DNA of 64,000 nucleotides. Source: an uncultured virus (IMG/VR IMGVR_UViG_3300030098_002348) (taxonomy: Duplodnaviria > Heunggongvirae > Uroviricota > Caudoviricetes). Positions 18,345 to 26,605 of the stretch are shown here, in pieces. The notes under the pieces are model-generated. The model made no database searches. It was given only the letters and a program-made list of their open reading frames with translations, and was not told the DNA's origin. The stretch is taken from IMG/VR virus record IMGVR_UViG_3300030098_002348; one strand, given 5' to 3'. A program made the translations under genes and the position numbers. Within the stretch, counting starts at the first letter, position 1; each line of letters starts with the position of its first letter.

Positions 18345-19987
18345 CTATTTTCACCACCACCAAATGTTTTAGTAAAACTTATAAAAGCCCCTGGATCTTT
18401 CATAAGTCCCTCTTTTGTTATGCCTACGCCATAGTTAAGATTGCCCCCAAATAAAGGCGTTGAACCACCAAAACTTAATTCGGGATTAAGATCTATATCA
18501 TCAGGATTTATAAAATCACTAAATCGTTGTCTAAGATTTAATAAGCCATAATTAGTGGGTAAACTAAAATCTATAAATTTAGGCACACCAACATCAAAAA
18601 ATTGATCCTTTCCAATGTTTACTGTAAATTTATCAAAAAGAGGAACAGTATTTTTTGGTGGTGAGATATTTGTGGGTTTATCATCTCTTGAATCATCTCT
18701 ACCTATTGGACCACCTGGTCTGTCGGGGTTAGCAGATCTATCAAAAGATTTAGTAGAAGCATCCATGCCGCCACCTTGAAAACCTACTCTGCCACCATTT
18801 TTAAGTCCCATGATTCCTTCTTCTTCCACAGACTCAACATCTAAATTTCTATCTTTGTAATCAGAATATTTTTTAGCTAACTCTGGACCAAGAAAATATG
18901 CAATACCTAATTCTTCACCCTCTAGTCCTTCATCTTTTGCTTTTGCAACATCCGATACACCAAGTGCAACACCAACTGCTCCTACAAACGGAATGAATGG
19001 TGCAACAGCTCTAATTGTCCCTTTGCCAAGACCTTTTAAGATTGTACTAGTTGGAATATCAATATCTTTTATTTTATTAATTTTTGATTCTATGGGAACT
19101 TTTTTAAGTTCATCCCGCACATAAGTTTTAGATGGATAACTTGTTGGATCTAAGTTATCATAATTTTTTAACTTAGCTGTAAATGCTTTAAACTCGTCTC
19201 TTAACAAAGCATCCTCTGGTCTATCTATTTTAGATGCAGTTGTAATTCCAGGAAGAGTTTTTAATTTTTCAATATTGGATATTTTTTTCTCAAAAGTTTT
19301 TCTTTCTTTTCCTGTCATGTCTCTAAAAATTTTATCTTCTCCCTCTATACCTGCAAAAGTTTTTTTAAAGTTTCCACCTTTTTTTAAAAACTCTCCTGTA
19401 TCAGGATTAACTTTAAAATAACCAATCGTGCCTTTAAAATTTTTCCCTAAATTTTTAACAGCTGTTTCACTATTCTTTTTTGCTAATGCATTTAATTCTA
19501 ATATTTTTTTCTTATAACCCTCTGGTTTATTTTTAATTAATAACTCTTGCTCCTCTGCAATTGTTTGTCCAACTCTATTATAACCCTCTAATGCTCTATT
19601 CATTTTTGCATCAATTACACCAGTTGATTTTGTGCCTGGAGGAGCGCTTTTAATAATGGGAAATATGTGACTAAAATTTTTTCCTATCTCTTTACCACCT
19701 CTGATAGAAATTTCTCCACCTTGTGCTATTTTTATTTTTTTAGCTCTTTTAATATTTTCTAGATTAGGTTCTTTAAATTTTCTTTTACCTTCAAATTTAA
19801 ATTTTAGTCCAGGTCTTTCTGTTTCTTTTCTAGTTAAAATTTTTATTTTGTTTAACTTACCTTCACCTCTAAAATCTTTTTTAGTCCAGTTATCAGGATA
19901 ACTATCAATGATAGCTTGTATCTCTTCATCTGTTCTAAGTATAAATTGATTACTACCTAAAGGATTTCTATTAAAAGAGGTGGCCAT
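18341..19987 (-). CDS. Hypothetical, probable internal virion protein
   Basis: 548 aa, Lys-rich, one hydrophobic segment, repeated xxGG motifs; between TerL and portal. Confidence 0.55.
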   Translation of the reverse strand: MATSFNRNPLGSNQFILRTDEEIQAIIDSYPDNWTKKDFRGEGKLNKIKILTRKETERPGLKFKFEGKRKFKEPNLENIKRAKKIKIAQGGEISIRGGKEIGKNFSHIFPIIKSAPPGTKSTGVIDAKMNRALEGYNRVGQTIAEEQELLIKNKPEGYKKKILELNALAKKNSETAVKNLGKNFKGTIGYFKVNPDTGEFLKKGGNFKKTFAGIEGEDKIFRDMTGKERKTFEKKISNIEKLKTLPGITTASKIDRPEDALLRDEFKAFTAKLKNYDNLDPTSYPSKTYVRDELKKVPIESKINKIKDIDIPTSTILKGLGKGTIRAVAPFIPFVGAVGVALGVSDVAKAKDEGLEGEELGIAYFLGPELAKKYSDYKDRNLDVESVEEEGIMGLKNGGRVGFQGGGMDASTKSFDRSANPDRPGGPIGRDDSRDDKPTNISPPKNTVPLFDKFTVNIGKDQFFDVGVPKFIDFSLPTNYGLLNLRQRFSDFINPDDIDLNPELSFGGSTPLFGGNLNYGVGITKEGLMKDPGAFISFTKTFGGGENR

Positions 19988-20416
19988 TTAGACCTCCAGT
20001 AATTTCGACAAACCACCTTCTGCGAGGGATATAACTTTTTTCTCTTTAACAACTTCTTCTGTTTCTACTGGAGCTTTTGCTTCACCAGCGAAAGCCGCTG
20101 ATCTAAACTGTTCAAAAGACATTGGTTCTAATCCTTGTTCTAACATATCGAAAACATATTTTTCATATTCTTCAACTAACAACGGATCTCTTTCAGCCAC
20201 TGTCATATCTTTTTTAGGACGATCTGCAACTAACATTGCTTCATCAGTTGCCATGATACCTTCTTTTGGTTTGGATGATTTACCAAACGTCATATCTAAA
20301 AATTCCATCATGTCAGAGATTTCTTGTAAACTCATTGTATCTAACTTATCTTTCACACCCTCGTAACTTGACGGGTATTCTTTCTTCATCATTTCTATAA
20401 GTGTTTCTTTATCCAT
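19988..20416 (-). CDS. Acidic hypothetical, probable internal virion protein
   Basis: 142 aa ending LAEGGLSKLLEV. Confidence 0.55.
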   Translation of the reverse strand: MDKETLIEMMKKEYPSSYEGVKDKLDTMSLQEISDMMEFLDMTFGKSSKPKEGIMATDEAMLVADRPKKDMTVAERDPLLVEEYEKYVFDMLEQGLEPMSFEQFRSAAFAGEAKAPVETEEVVKEKKVISLAEGGLSKLLEV

Positions 20417-20417
20417 A

Positions 20418-21899
20418 CTAATAATACTCCAACTGTCGTTTTATAATCGGCTCATCTTTTTCATCCTCTGGATGACGAATTAAACCGCCTTGTCGTATTC
20501 TCATCAACGCCTGTGTTGTGCTATCAACATAGTCATCATGGTCCCCATGTGGAAACGCTGCACATTCTTCGACCACTTCTTGCGCAAAGTGTTCATGCAT
20601 AGGAGCCCAAACTTTTCCGCTTTCAAAAAGCGGAGATATTGAGTTTACTCTCGCTTGTTTATCATTTCCACGGCTCGGTGTAAAGTTAATTACAGGTATC
20701 CCCATTCTTCTTAATTCTGATGTTAACGGTATCCCCGATGCCTTGGCCTCGATTAAAACTGAGTCAGGCCTCCAAAATAGATACTCTTCATGAGCCACCC
20801 TACGTAATTCAGGAAACTCGAACCTATCTTTGAAAGCATTTAATAATATAATATTATAGCCATTGTCTTCATCTTCAAAAACTCCCCATGTAGTTATCGC
20901 ACTAAAGTCGGCTGTTTCTCTTTTTAAAAATGCTGTATCGTAACTTTGGATAATATAATCTACACGAGGTGGATTTTTACCTTCCCAGTTTTGCCACCAC
21001 TCTCGTTTTATAATAGCTCCTTCTTCTGCTGTTGGCTGTTGCATATATTGTGCATTCCAGTTTGAAACAGGAATAGATGCTTTTGTTTTTTCTAATTCAT
21101 CTTGGGTCCAATACTCTGGCCACACAGGTTTACCACTTGGTAACAATGCTGGCAGTTCAACAACTTCCCATTGATCAGAGTCATTTTCTCCCTGAGCCCT
21201 GATTAATTGTCCAGTTAGATCTTTGGTATTCCACCGTGTCATGACGATAACGATTCGTCCGCCTGGTTGTAAACGTTGACGTGGACCTGATGTATACCAG
21301 TTCCATGCTTTCTCGAAAGACTTACTATCTTTTCTAATATCTTGTTCTTTGTGTGGATCATCGATGATTAGTAGATCAGCACCACGACCTGTTATTGCTC
21401 CACCAACACCGGCAGCGAAATATTCTCCTCCCTGTTCCGTTTTCCATTTACCAGCGGCTTGAGAGTCTTCTTGCAGTCTCGTATCAAACAGTTCCCGGTA
21501 TCGGGGCTCATCGACCAGGTTTTTTGTTTTACGTCCGAAGTCGACAGCTAGATCAGCCGTGTGAGTTGCTTGAATAATCTTTAATCGGGGATCACGGCCA
21601 ACCATCCATGCCGGAAGTAAGTATGAGGCAAACTCCGACTTTGTGTGTCTTGGCGGCATGTTGATGATTAGACGTTTTATTTTGCCAGAGGCAAGTTCGT
21701 TAAATTTTTTATTAATAATTTTGTGATGTGAACCTTCGATAAACTCAGGCCAAACATATTTCACAAAACTTAAAAAGTTGTTTTCTATTCTTGGTTTGGC
21801 TTTTGCTAGTTCCAGACTTCTTTCCAATTCCAAAAGTCTTTCACTTTCTTCTTTGGTCAATCCGTCAAAATTTTTTGAAAAATTTTTTTCATTAGACAT
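20418..21899 (-). CDS. terL: Terminase large subunit
   Basis: INMPPRHTKS (Walker A variant), LLIIDDP (Walker B), SYDTA and HDDYVDS nuclease motifs; likely start MSNEK at 21899. Confidence 0.92.
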   Translation of the reverse strand: MSNEKNFSKNFDGLTKEESERLLELERSLELAKAKPRIENNFLSFVKYVWPEFIEGSHHKIINKKFNELASGKIKRLIINMPPRHTKSEFASYLLPAWMVGRDPRLKIIQATHTADLAVDFGRKTKNLVDEPRYRELFDTRLQEDSQAAGKWKTEQGGEYFAAGVGGAITGRGADLLIIDDPHKEQDIRKDSKSFEKAWNWYTSGPRQRLQPGGRIVIVMTRWNTKDLTGQLIRAQGENDSDQWEVVELPALLPSGKPVWPEYWTQDELEKTKASIPVSNWNAQYMQQPTAEEGAIIKREWWQNWEGKNPPRVDYIIQSYDTAFLKRETADFSAITTWGVFEDEDNGYNIILLNAFKDRFEFPELRRVAHEEYLFWRPDSVLIEAKASGIPLTSELRRMGIPVINFTPSRGNDKQARVNSISPLFESGKVWAPMHEHFAQEVVEECAAFPHGDHDDYVDSTTQALMRIRQGGLIRHPEDEKDEPIIKRQLEYY

Positions 21900-22037
21900 A
21901 TGTAAATTTATTTTCAAAACCTTTACCATAACTATGTGAATTCGACAATATATACGCTGTCTGGGACCCCTTTGCGTAGAAAGGGGGGTCGATGTTTATA
22001 AATACAATAAAAACGTCGACCGGTCTGGTACCTCTAT

Positions 22038-22066
22038 GGGTGGGCCCGCCCGTGCACAAGCCCCCC
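22038..22066. repeat. GC-rich near-palindrome GGGTGGGCCCGCCC...CAAGCCCCCC, copy A
   Basis: Same 14-mer plus CAAGCCCCCC recurs at 24058-24088. Confidence 0.85.
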
Positions 22067-22214
22067 ACGGCGCGGCCCATTTTGGACACTGTTGCATATT
22101 TACAATATTGACTGTGGTTTTTATGCCAGGATTCCTGGAGCTATGCAGTTTTTGCATGGGATATTCTGGGAAAGGGTATGCAATTATTGCATGGGATATT
22201 ATAGGATTATAAAT

Positions 22215-22247
22215 AAAAAAACCGGGGCGCATTTCTGCGCCCCGGTT
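22215..22247 (-). terminator. Rho-independent terminator
   Basis: AACCGGGGCGC-N6-GCGCCCCGGTT stem followed by a T run on the minus strand, downstream of 22274..22537. Confidence 0.8.
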
Positions 22248-22273
22248 CAGGATACACTATGGAAAGTGTTCGG

Positions 22274-22537
22274 TTAAAATAAAGTGAGTTGTTTGTCCTC
22301 TACTTCATCTGTTAATACTAATGGTTCAGCCTCAAACAGTACCGCGTGAAACTCTACATTATTTTTAGTATTAATTAAATTATGGGCCTCAATTAGTTTA
22401 GTAGCCTGTTCATAAGTCTTAGCAGTTCCTACTACTGAAAAAATTGAGGGCTGACTTCCCCATGTCTCTTTTTTAATTATTAGATGCATGTTTATTTTCC
22501 TCCTTATTTTTTTTAAACGATTTAGCCAACTGTTCAT
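22274..22537 (-). CDS. Small hypothetical (early-region) protein
   Basis: 87 aa; may start at the internal MHLII behind AAGGAGG. Confidence 0.55.
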   Translation of the reverse strand: MNSWLNRLKKIRRKINMHLIIKKETWGSQPSIFSVVGTAKTYEQATKLIEAHNLINTKNNVEFHAVLFEAEPLVLTDEVEDKQLTLF

Positions 22538-22653
22538 TTAAGAATAGTTGTCGATCAATTTCTCTGATCCTCATTTCACTATGAAGCCATAGAGCGAAAC
22601 CAGATCCCATCAAAATTAATCCTAGGTATAAGATTATATTCCAATCCATATAC

Positions 22654-22872
22654 TTATCCTGCCTTTCTATTTATGTTGATTGACATCTTAACGGGTCTAG
22701 TTGCGCACCTGTAATTATTTCTGAAGGTGTCATAATAGATAACGTACTTTGATGTTGAAGTACATTTATTGTCCCATAAGAAAGTTCTAGTTATAAACTT
22801 ACCATACTTCTTAGCATAGTAACTTATAAGACCAGTTGTGCCTTCCTTAATATTTATTTCTTTCTGTTTCAT
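22654..22872 (-). CDS. Small hypothetical (early-region) protein
   Basis: 72 aa with AGAAAGGA SD and its own promoter. Confidence 0.65.
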   Translation of the reverse strand: MKQKEINIKEGTTGLISYYAKKYGKFITRTFLWDNKCTSTSKYVIYYDTFRNNYRCATRPVKMSININRKAG

Positions 22873-22895
22873 ATATCCTTTCTGCTATACCTGGG

Positions 22896-22924
22896 ATATT
22901 ATATGATACCCCAGGCATTGTCAA
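22896..22924 (-). promoter_or_regulatory. Sigma70-like promoter (TTGACA...TATAAT)
   Basis: Minus strand TTGACAatgcctggggtatcaTATAATat; spacing 15 to TATAAT or 17 to TAATAT. Confidence 0.55.
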
Positions 22925-22927
22925 TAG

Positions 22928-23488
22928 TTAATTTAAATTATTTTCTATTGATTTTATGTTATTGTGCCATGTGAGCCCGATAACCTTAAAATGTTTATTC
23001 AGGTTCTCAATTAATTCACCTGGCAACCCGCTTTCCATGACGGTAGATATAGCGTCCTCTTTTAGCTGTCTAAGTCTGACAAGTTTTTTGCCGTCCTTAG
23101 TTTTTTCAGCTTCGCGTTCAGCGAGATCCTGGGCCCAGTTTCTTATTTGGTCCAGGCACCTTTCCGCGGTGATGTCTTTTATGTCATCACGGTCCATGGC
23201 TCTTGTAAAATGATAATCCAATTTAGATTTCATTTTATCCGTTGTAGCGGATCTATTAAAAAATGTGGCCAGCATTTTCTTTTTTTCAAAAATCTGATCC
23301 TCCATTTCTTGTAGCTCCTCAATGTCAGCTGAGATATCTAATTTATCAGCCAGCTTTTTTTCTGCGCTTGCTGTCATATCTGCAACTGTTTTTCTTAATG
23401 TCAAATTGGCTTCATCTATTAAAGGTTCAAATTTCTGTTGGACCTTTCTTTTAAAATGTTCCAATTGATACTTGGTCATTGCTTTCAT
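22928..23488 (-). CDS. Helical/coiled-coil hypothetical protein
   Basis: 186 aa; strong SD and promoter. Confidence 0.7.
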   Translation of the reverse strand: MKAMTKYQLEHFKRKVQQKFEPLIDEANLTLRKTVADMTASAEKKLADKLDISADIEELQEMEDQIFEKKKMLATFFNRSATTDKMKSKLDYHFTRAMDRDDIKDITAERCLDQIRNWAQDLAEREAEKTKDGKKLVRLRQLKEDAISTVMESGLPGELIENLNKHFKVIGLTWHNNIKSIENNLN

Positions 23489-23512
23489 AACTTATCCTTT
23501 CTGTTAATTATT

Positions 23513-23553
23513 TTTATAAACTACTTGACAAACATTGTCAATAGGATTATATG
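23513..23553. promoter_or_regulatory. Overlapping divergent sigma70 promoters
   Basis: Minus: TTGACA(23541-23536)-N17-TATAAA. Plus: TTGACA(23525)-N17-TATATG, pointing into the structured non-coding region. Confidence 0.7.
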
Positions 23554-23559
23554 GGATTA

Positions 23560-24057
23560 TAGGCTCCTGGGCATGAGCCTTAATAATAAAGGCCCACTGA
23601 TCCCGGGCTCTATGGGGCTGAGACGCAGGATTCCTGAGACGGCTCAATACTAGTGCGTCGCCGAATAACTGTAGGGCCCGGGATCAGTCCACAAACTCGC
23701 TGGAGACGAAACCAGCGGGGCTGATCCCTGGTCCGAACATCGCTAGCGCCTTAGTGCAAGGAATTACTGGAGCACTCGGACCTGGGATCAGATTTGGTCG
23801 AGACATACAATAGTATTAAATGTCTGGGTATGGTCCAGACATCAACCAAAACTGGTCAGGGAGTTCGTTTGTCCCTGGTGATGGCTGTAACCGAAGCGGC
23901 GACCAGCAGGAAGCGCGTAAGACCTGCATACCTGGAAGGTTAATAATAAAACTAGCAACAGCCGGATTAGCTGGCTCTGTTGAAAGAGAACAGAGAGAAG
24001 CCGCCTGCGGGCGGCCTTGCCAGCTGATCCTATTTTTTTTTTTTTTTTTTTTTTTTT
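23560..24057 (+). ncRNA. Candidate large structured non-coding RNA
   Basis: Series of nested long stems whose mismatches are mostly G-U compatible on the plus strand; upstream promoter; ends in 25 T; no credible ORF. Confidence 0.6.
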
Positions 24058-24088
24058 GGGTGGGCCCGCCCACAAGCAAGCCCCCCCC
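24058..24088. repeat. GC-rich near-palindrome GGGTGGGCCCGCCC...CAAGCCCCCC, copy B
   Basis: Matches 22038-22066. Confidence 0.85.
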
Positions 24089-24109
24089 AGTTTAGAATGA
24101 TTCTAAACT
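24089..24109. promoter_or_regulatory. Perfect palindrome containing an Irr iron control element (ICE)
   Basis: AGTTTAGAAT-G-ATTCTAAACT; core TTTAGAA-N3-TTCTAAA equals the alphaproteobacterial ICE consensus. Confidence 0.7.
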
Positions 24110-24116
24110 AACAGGC

Positions 24117-24145
24117 TTGACAAGTCCGCAAGCATGGGATATTAT
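24117..24145 (+). promoter_or_regulatory. Sigma70 promoter TTGACA-N17-TATTAT
   Basis: Upstream of the ATG at 24161. Confidence 0.75.
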
Positions 24146-24160
24146 GGGAGATAGAAAGTT

Positions 24161-24784
24161 ATGAATATATTGAAAGCAAAAGAAATTACAGGCAGCCTCT
24201 CAAAGCCTTCCAAGATGCCGGGGTGGTCTTATGGTTTACCGGCTAAGGAATGCAAAACCGGGAGCAAGCTCCGAAAGGTTGAGGGCTCAACCTGTTACAA
24301 TTGTTATGCATTAAAAGGCTGTTATGTTTTTAAAGTTGTGCAAGATGCGCAATACTACAGATTAAAAGCAATACGCCACCCGCACTGGGTCCCGGCCATG
24401 GTTATGCAAATAAATAATAAACGATCTAAAGAATTTAGGTGGCACGATTCCGGAGATGTACAAGATTTAAAACACTTATTAAAAATTTTTAAAGTTTGTA
24501 AGTTAACGCCAAAGATTCAACACTGGATGCCGACCCGGGAGGCGTGGGTTAAACCATTTATAAAAATAGCTCCTAAAAATTTATGTATTCGTTACAGCGT
24601 CCCGATGAACGACCAGCCACCGATTAAAAGCTGGCCCAATGTTTCAACAGTAATAACAAAAGACGCGCCCTGGTTCGGGGCCACTTCTCAAGTCTGTCCA
24701 GCTCCAAAGCAAGATAATAAATGTTTAGATTGCCGTGCTTGCTGGAACCGTGATATACATAACATTAGTTATTGGAATCACTAG
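24161..24784 (+). CDS. Cys-rich gp88-family protein (radical-SAM-like, probable Fe-S cluster)
   Basis: SKMPG.S..LPA..C, CYNCYA.KG.Y, FRWHDSGD, HW.PTRE and C-terminal CPA..Q...C.DCRACW motifs. Confidence 0.7.
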   Translation: MNILKAKEITGSLSKPSKMPGWSYGLPAKECKTGSKLRKVEGSTCYNCYALKGCYVFKVVQDAQYYRLKAIRHPHWVPAMVMQINNKRSKEFRWHDSGDVQDLKHLLKIFKVCKLTPKIQHWMPTREAWVKPFIKIAPKNLCIRYSVPMNDQPPIKSWPNVSTVITKDAPWFGATSQVCPAPKQDNKCLDCRACWNRDIHNISYWNH

Positions 24785-24841
24785 CATGTCTATGTATTAT
24801 TGGAGCCCCTCCAGGTTGAAAGATCTGAAAGAGAGAGGCTA

Positions 24842-25004
24842 CAAGCTCAGATTCATGAGCCTTGAAGAAGCGAACGCACAGGCAGAAGGCAACAAGCCTA
24901 CAAGCGCTCAAGCACAAGCTGACAAGCATCCCAGCCACAAGCCAAAGGGCTCAGGCGCAAGCCTTCCCTTACAAGATTAATTATTTCTGATCCAGGGTAC
25001 AAGC
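24842..25004 (+). repeat. Cluster of nine same-strand CAAGC pentamers
   Basis: At 24842, 24893, 24901, 24909, 24915, 24923, 24938, 24958 and 25000. Confidence 0.8.
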
Positions 25005-25272
25005 ATACCTTCCCCTTATCCGGGGAACGTCCTACCAGAATAAATGTGTTATTCTCATGCTTCACATGAAAGGCTATTTGGTGGGGTGAAAATCTAATTT
25101 TGTGTACTGATGTGTACTTTAATTCGACTGTAAAAAAGGTGCTATTAGAATTATAACCCAGTAGATCGGGAGTGCCCAATAAACTACGGTTTTCCAATCT
25201 ATTCCAAGATATTTTTGTTGTATTTCTTTTAAGCTCACGCCACAAATCCCTTTCGTTTTTCAAGTAGTACAC
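24898..25272 (-). CDS. PD-(D/E)XK nuclease (VRR-NUC/Holliday junction resolvase-like)
   Basis: GTPDLLG...FTVELK......SPHQIAFH. Confidence 0.75.
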   Translation of the reverse strand: MYYLKNERDLWRELKRNTTKISWNRLENRSLLGTPDLLGYNSNSTFFTVELKYTSVHKIRFSPHQIAFHVKHENNTFILVGRSPDKGKVCLYPGSEIINLVREGLRLSPLACGWDACQLVLERL

Positions 25273-25280
25273 CTCAAGGG

Positions 25281-25508
25281 TTAGAGCTTGCCAATTATCT
25301 TAGGTAGTTTCCAAGTCCCACTAAGTCTTACACCTTTTAAATTTAAAATATGCGTATCTCTATCACCAATCATTCTACTTTCCAAGAGTTGAATTTCACC
25401 AAGGTCAAGTTTTTCACCGTTGGGCATTTCAATTTGGACCCTAGCATTCTGGGCCGTTGGTGATATTAGGAATTTATCTAAGTATTGACGTAGTTCTTTC
25501 GCTTTCAT
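25281..25508 (-). CDS. Small hypothetical protein
   Basis: 75 aa ORF with a promoter immediately upstream. Confidence 0.6.
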   Translation of the reverse strand: MKAKELRQYLDKFLISPTAQNARVQIEMPNGEKLDLGEIQLLESRMIGDRDTHILNLKGVRLSGTWKLPKIIGKL

Positions 25509-25515
25509 TCAGGTA

Positions 25516-25548
25516 TTGATATATATCCCATATAAATATATATTGCAA
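25516..25548. promoter_or_regulatory. Overlapping divergent promoters for terS and 25281..25508
   Basis: Plus TTGATA-N17-TATATT; minus TTGCAA-N17-TATATA. Confidence 0.55.
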
Positions 25549-25550
25549 CC

Positions 25551-26030
25551 ATGTCTAAAGAAATTGTCAACAAAAAGGCAGCTCACCCACAGGAATTGAC
25601 AGAGATGCAGCGTAGATTTTGTGAGTATCTAATCATGAATGAGGGTAGGACCACACATCAAGATGCAGCAATAGCTGCTGGCTATGCCCCAAAGAATGCC
25701 AGATTTGAAGCGTACGGTCTTATGCAAAACCCAAAGATCCAAAGATACTTGGCTAAAAGAAGCAATGAAGTTAATAGATCTTTTGCAGTAACCAAACACA
25801 ACTACGTTAGAAGACAACAAATACTATCTCAAAAATTAGTAGAAGAAGGTAAGACAGAAAAAGCAGTAGGGTTTGAAAACCTGATAGGTAAAGCTACTGG
25901 GCAATTTGTAGATATACATCTACACGGCAAGATAAGTGACATGACTAACGAAGAGAAGTTAGAAGAAATTAAAAGAATTAAATCTATACAAAGCGAGAGA
26001 ATAAAAGCTCTTTCTAATTCTAAAGAGTAA
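25551..26030 (+). CDS. terS: Terminase small subunit
   Basis: LTEMQRRFCEYL......T...AAIAAGY....A...AY.LMQNPKIQRYL HTH pattern typical of TerS. Confidence 0.75.
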   Translation: MSKEIVNKKAAHPQELTEMQRRFCEYLIMNEGRTTHQDAAIAAGYAPKNARFEAYGLMQNPKIQRYLAKRSNEVNRSFAVTKHNYVRRQQILSQKLVEEGKTEKAVGFENLIGKATGQFVDIHLHGKISDMTNEEKLEEIKRIKSIQSERIKALSNSKE

Positions 26031-26310
26031 TCCTCTCCATCTTTTTAATACAACCAATAGGAAAAACATTACGGTCTGAAAATGAAACGTCTTTATCTTC
26101 ATATGAAGCAAAGGTCCAAACAAACTTGGAAGTTTTTTTGTATATGTATGCGTGTGTTATCATTTTGCTGCATTCGAATTTATCAAATTCTTCGACTGAT
26201 GCATGGCCTGCATCCCCAGTTATGTCAATCCATTCTAAACGATAAAAATAATACTTCTTCGAACCGATCACGACGTGTTTAAACTTTGATTTCTTCTTAC
26301 GTTTGGGCAT
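26020..26310 (-). CDS. Hypothetical protein
   Basis: 96 aa; W.DITGD.G and DRNVFP.GCI motifs. Confidence 0.65.
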   Translation of the reverse strand: MPKRKKKSKFKHVVIGSKKYYFYRLEWIDITGDAGHASVEEFDKFECSKMITHAYIYKKTSKFVWTFASYEDKDVSFSDRNVFPIGCIKKMERITL

Positions 26311-26382
26311 AGGTCTGTATACTCCAGGTTTTATAAAATATAAATCTATAACTAATATTCATATGCGCGCGACCCCTAAATC

Positions 26383-26575
26383 GTTGGTATTACTAGCTTT
26401 TTAATACATTTGTACCAATTGTACCTAATTGTACCAAGGCCTCTTGGTACAAAAATGAACGAATAACTGTTGGTATTACTATCTTTTTTCATTTGTACCA
26501 ATTGTACCTAGGTTTTAAAAAAAATAAAAAAATAAAAAATTTTTTCATAGAAATAGTGTATACAATGGGTACATG
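26383..26575. repeat. Iteron-like TTGTACC repeats plus AT-rich tract (candidate replication origin)
   Basis: TTGTACC at 26410, 26419, 26429, 26493, 26502 and inverted at 26446; ~45-bp imperfect direct repeat; A/T tract 26513-26546; intergenic. Confidence 0.7.
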
Positions 26576-26605
26576 ACCAAATTAGCCAATGATTTCCTGT
26601 ATTTT

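Noticed and set aside
22560..23720. Hammerhead ribozyme suggested by CTGA and GAAAC strings
   Set aside because: No complete CUGANGA...GAAA core with three correctly placed stems could be assembled by eye
24033..24057. 25-T homopolymer as a phase-variation tract
   Set aside because: It is non-coding and follows a strong stem, so a terminator is simpler; exact length may be a sequencing artefact
23816..24095. Three overlapping ORFs (poly-Lys or poly-Phe) in the ORF track
   Set aside because: They cross the 25-T run, lack SD sequences and arise from the GC-rich structured region; better explained as non-coding
26383..26575. CRISPR-like array with adjacent Cas4-like nuclease
   Set aside because: Repeats are 7-mers without regular unique spacers; the nuclease lacks the Cas4 four-Cys cluster and looks like an ordinary phage exonuclease
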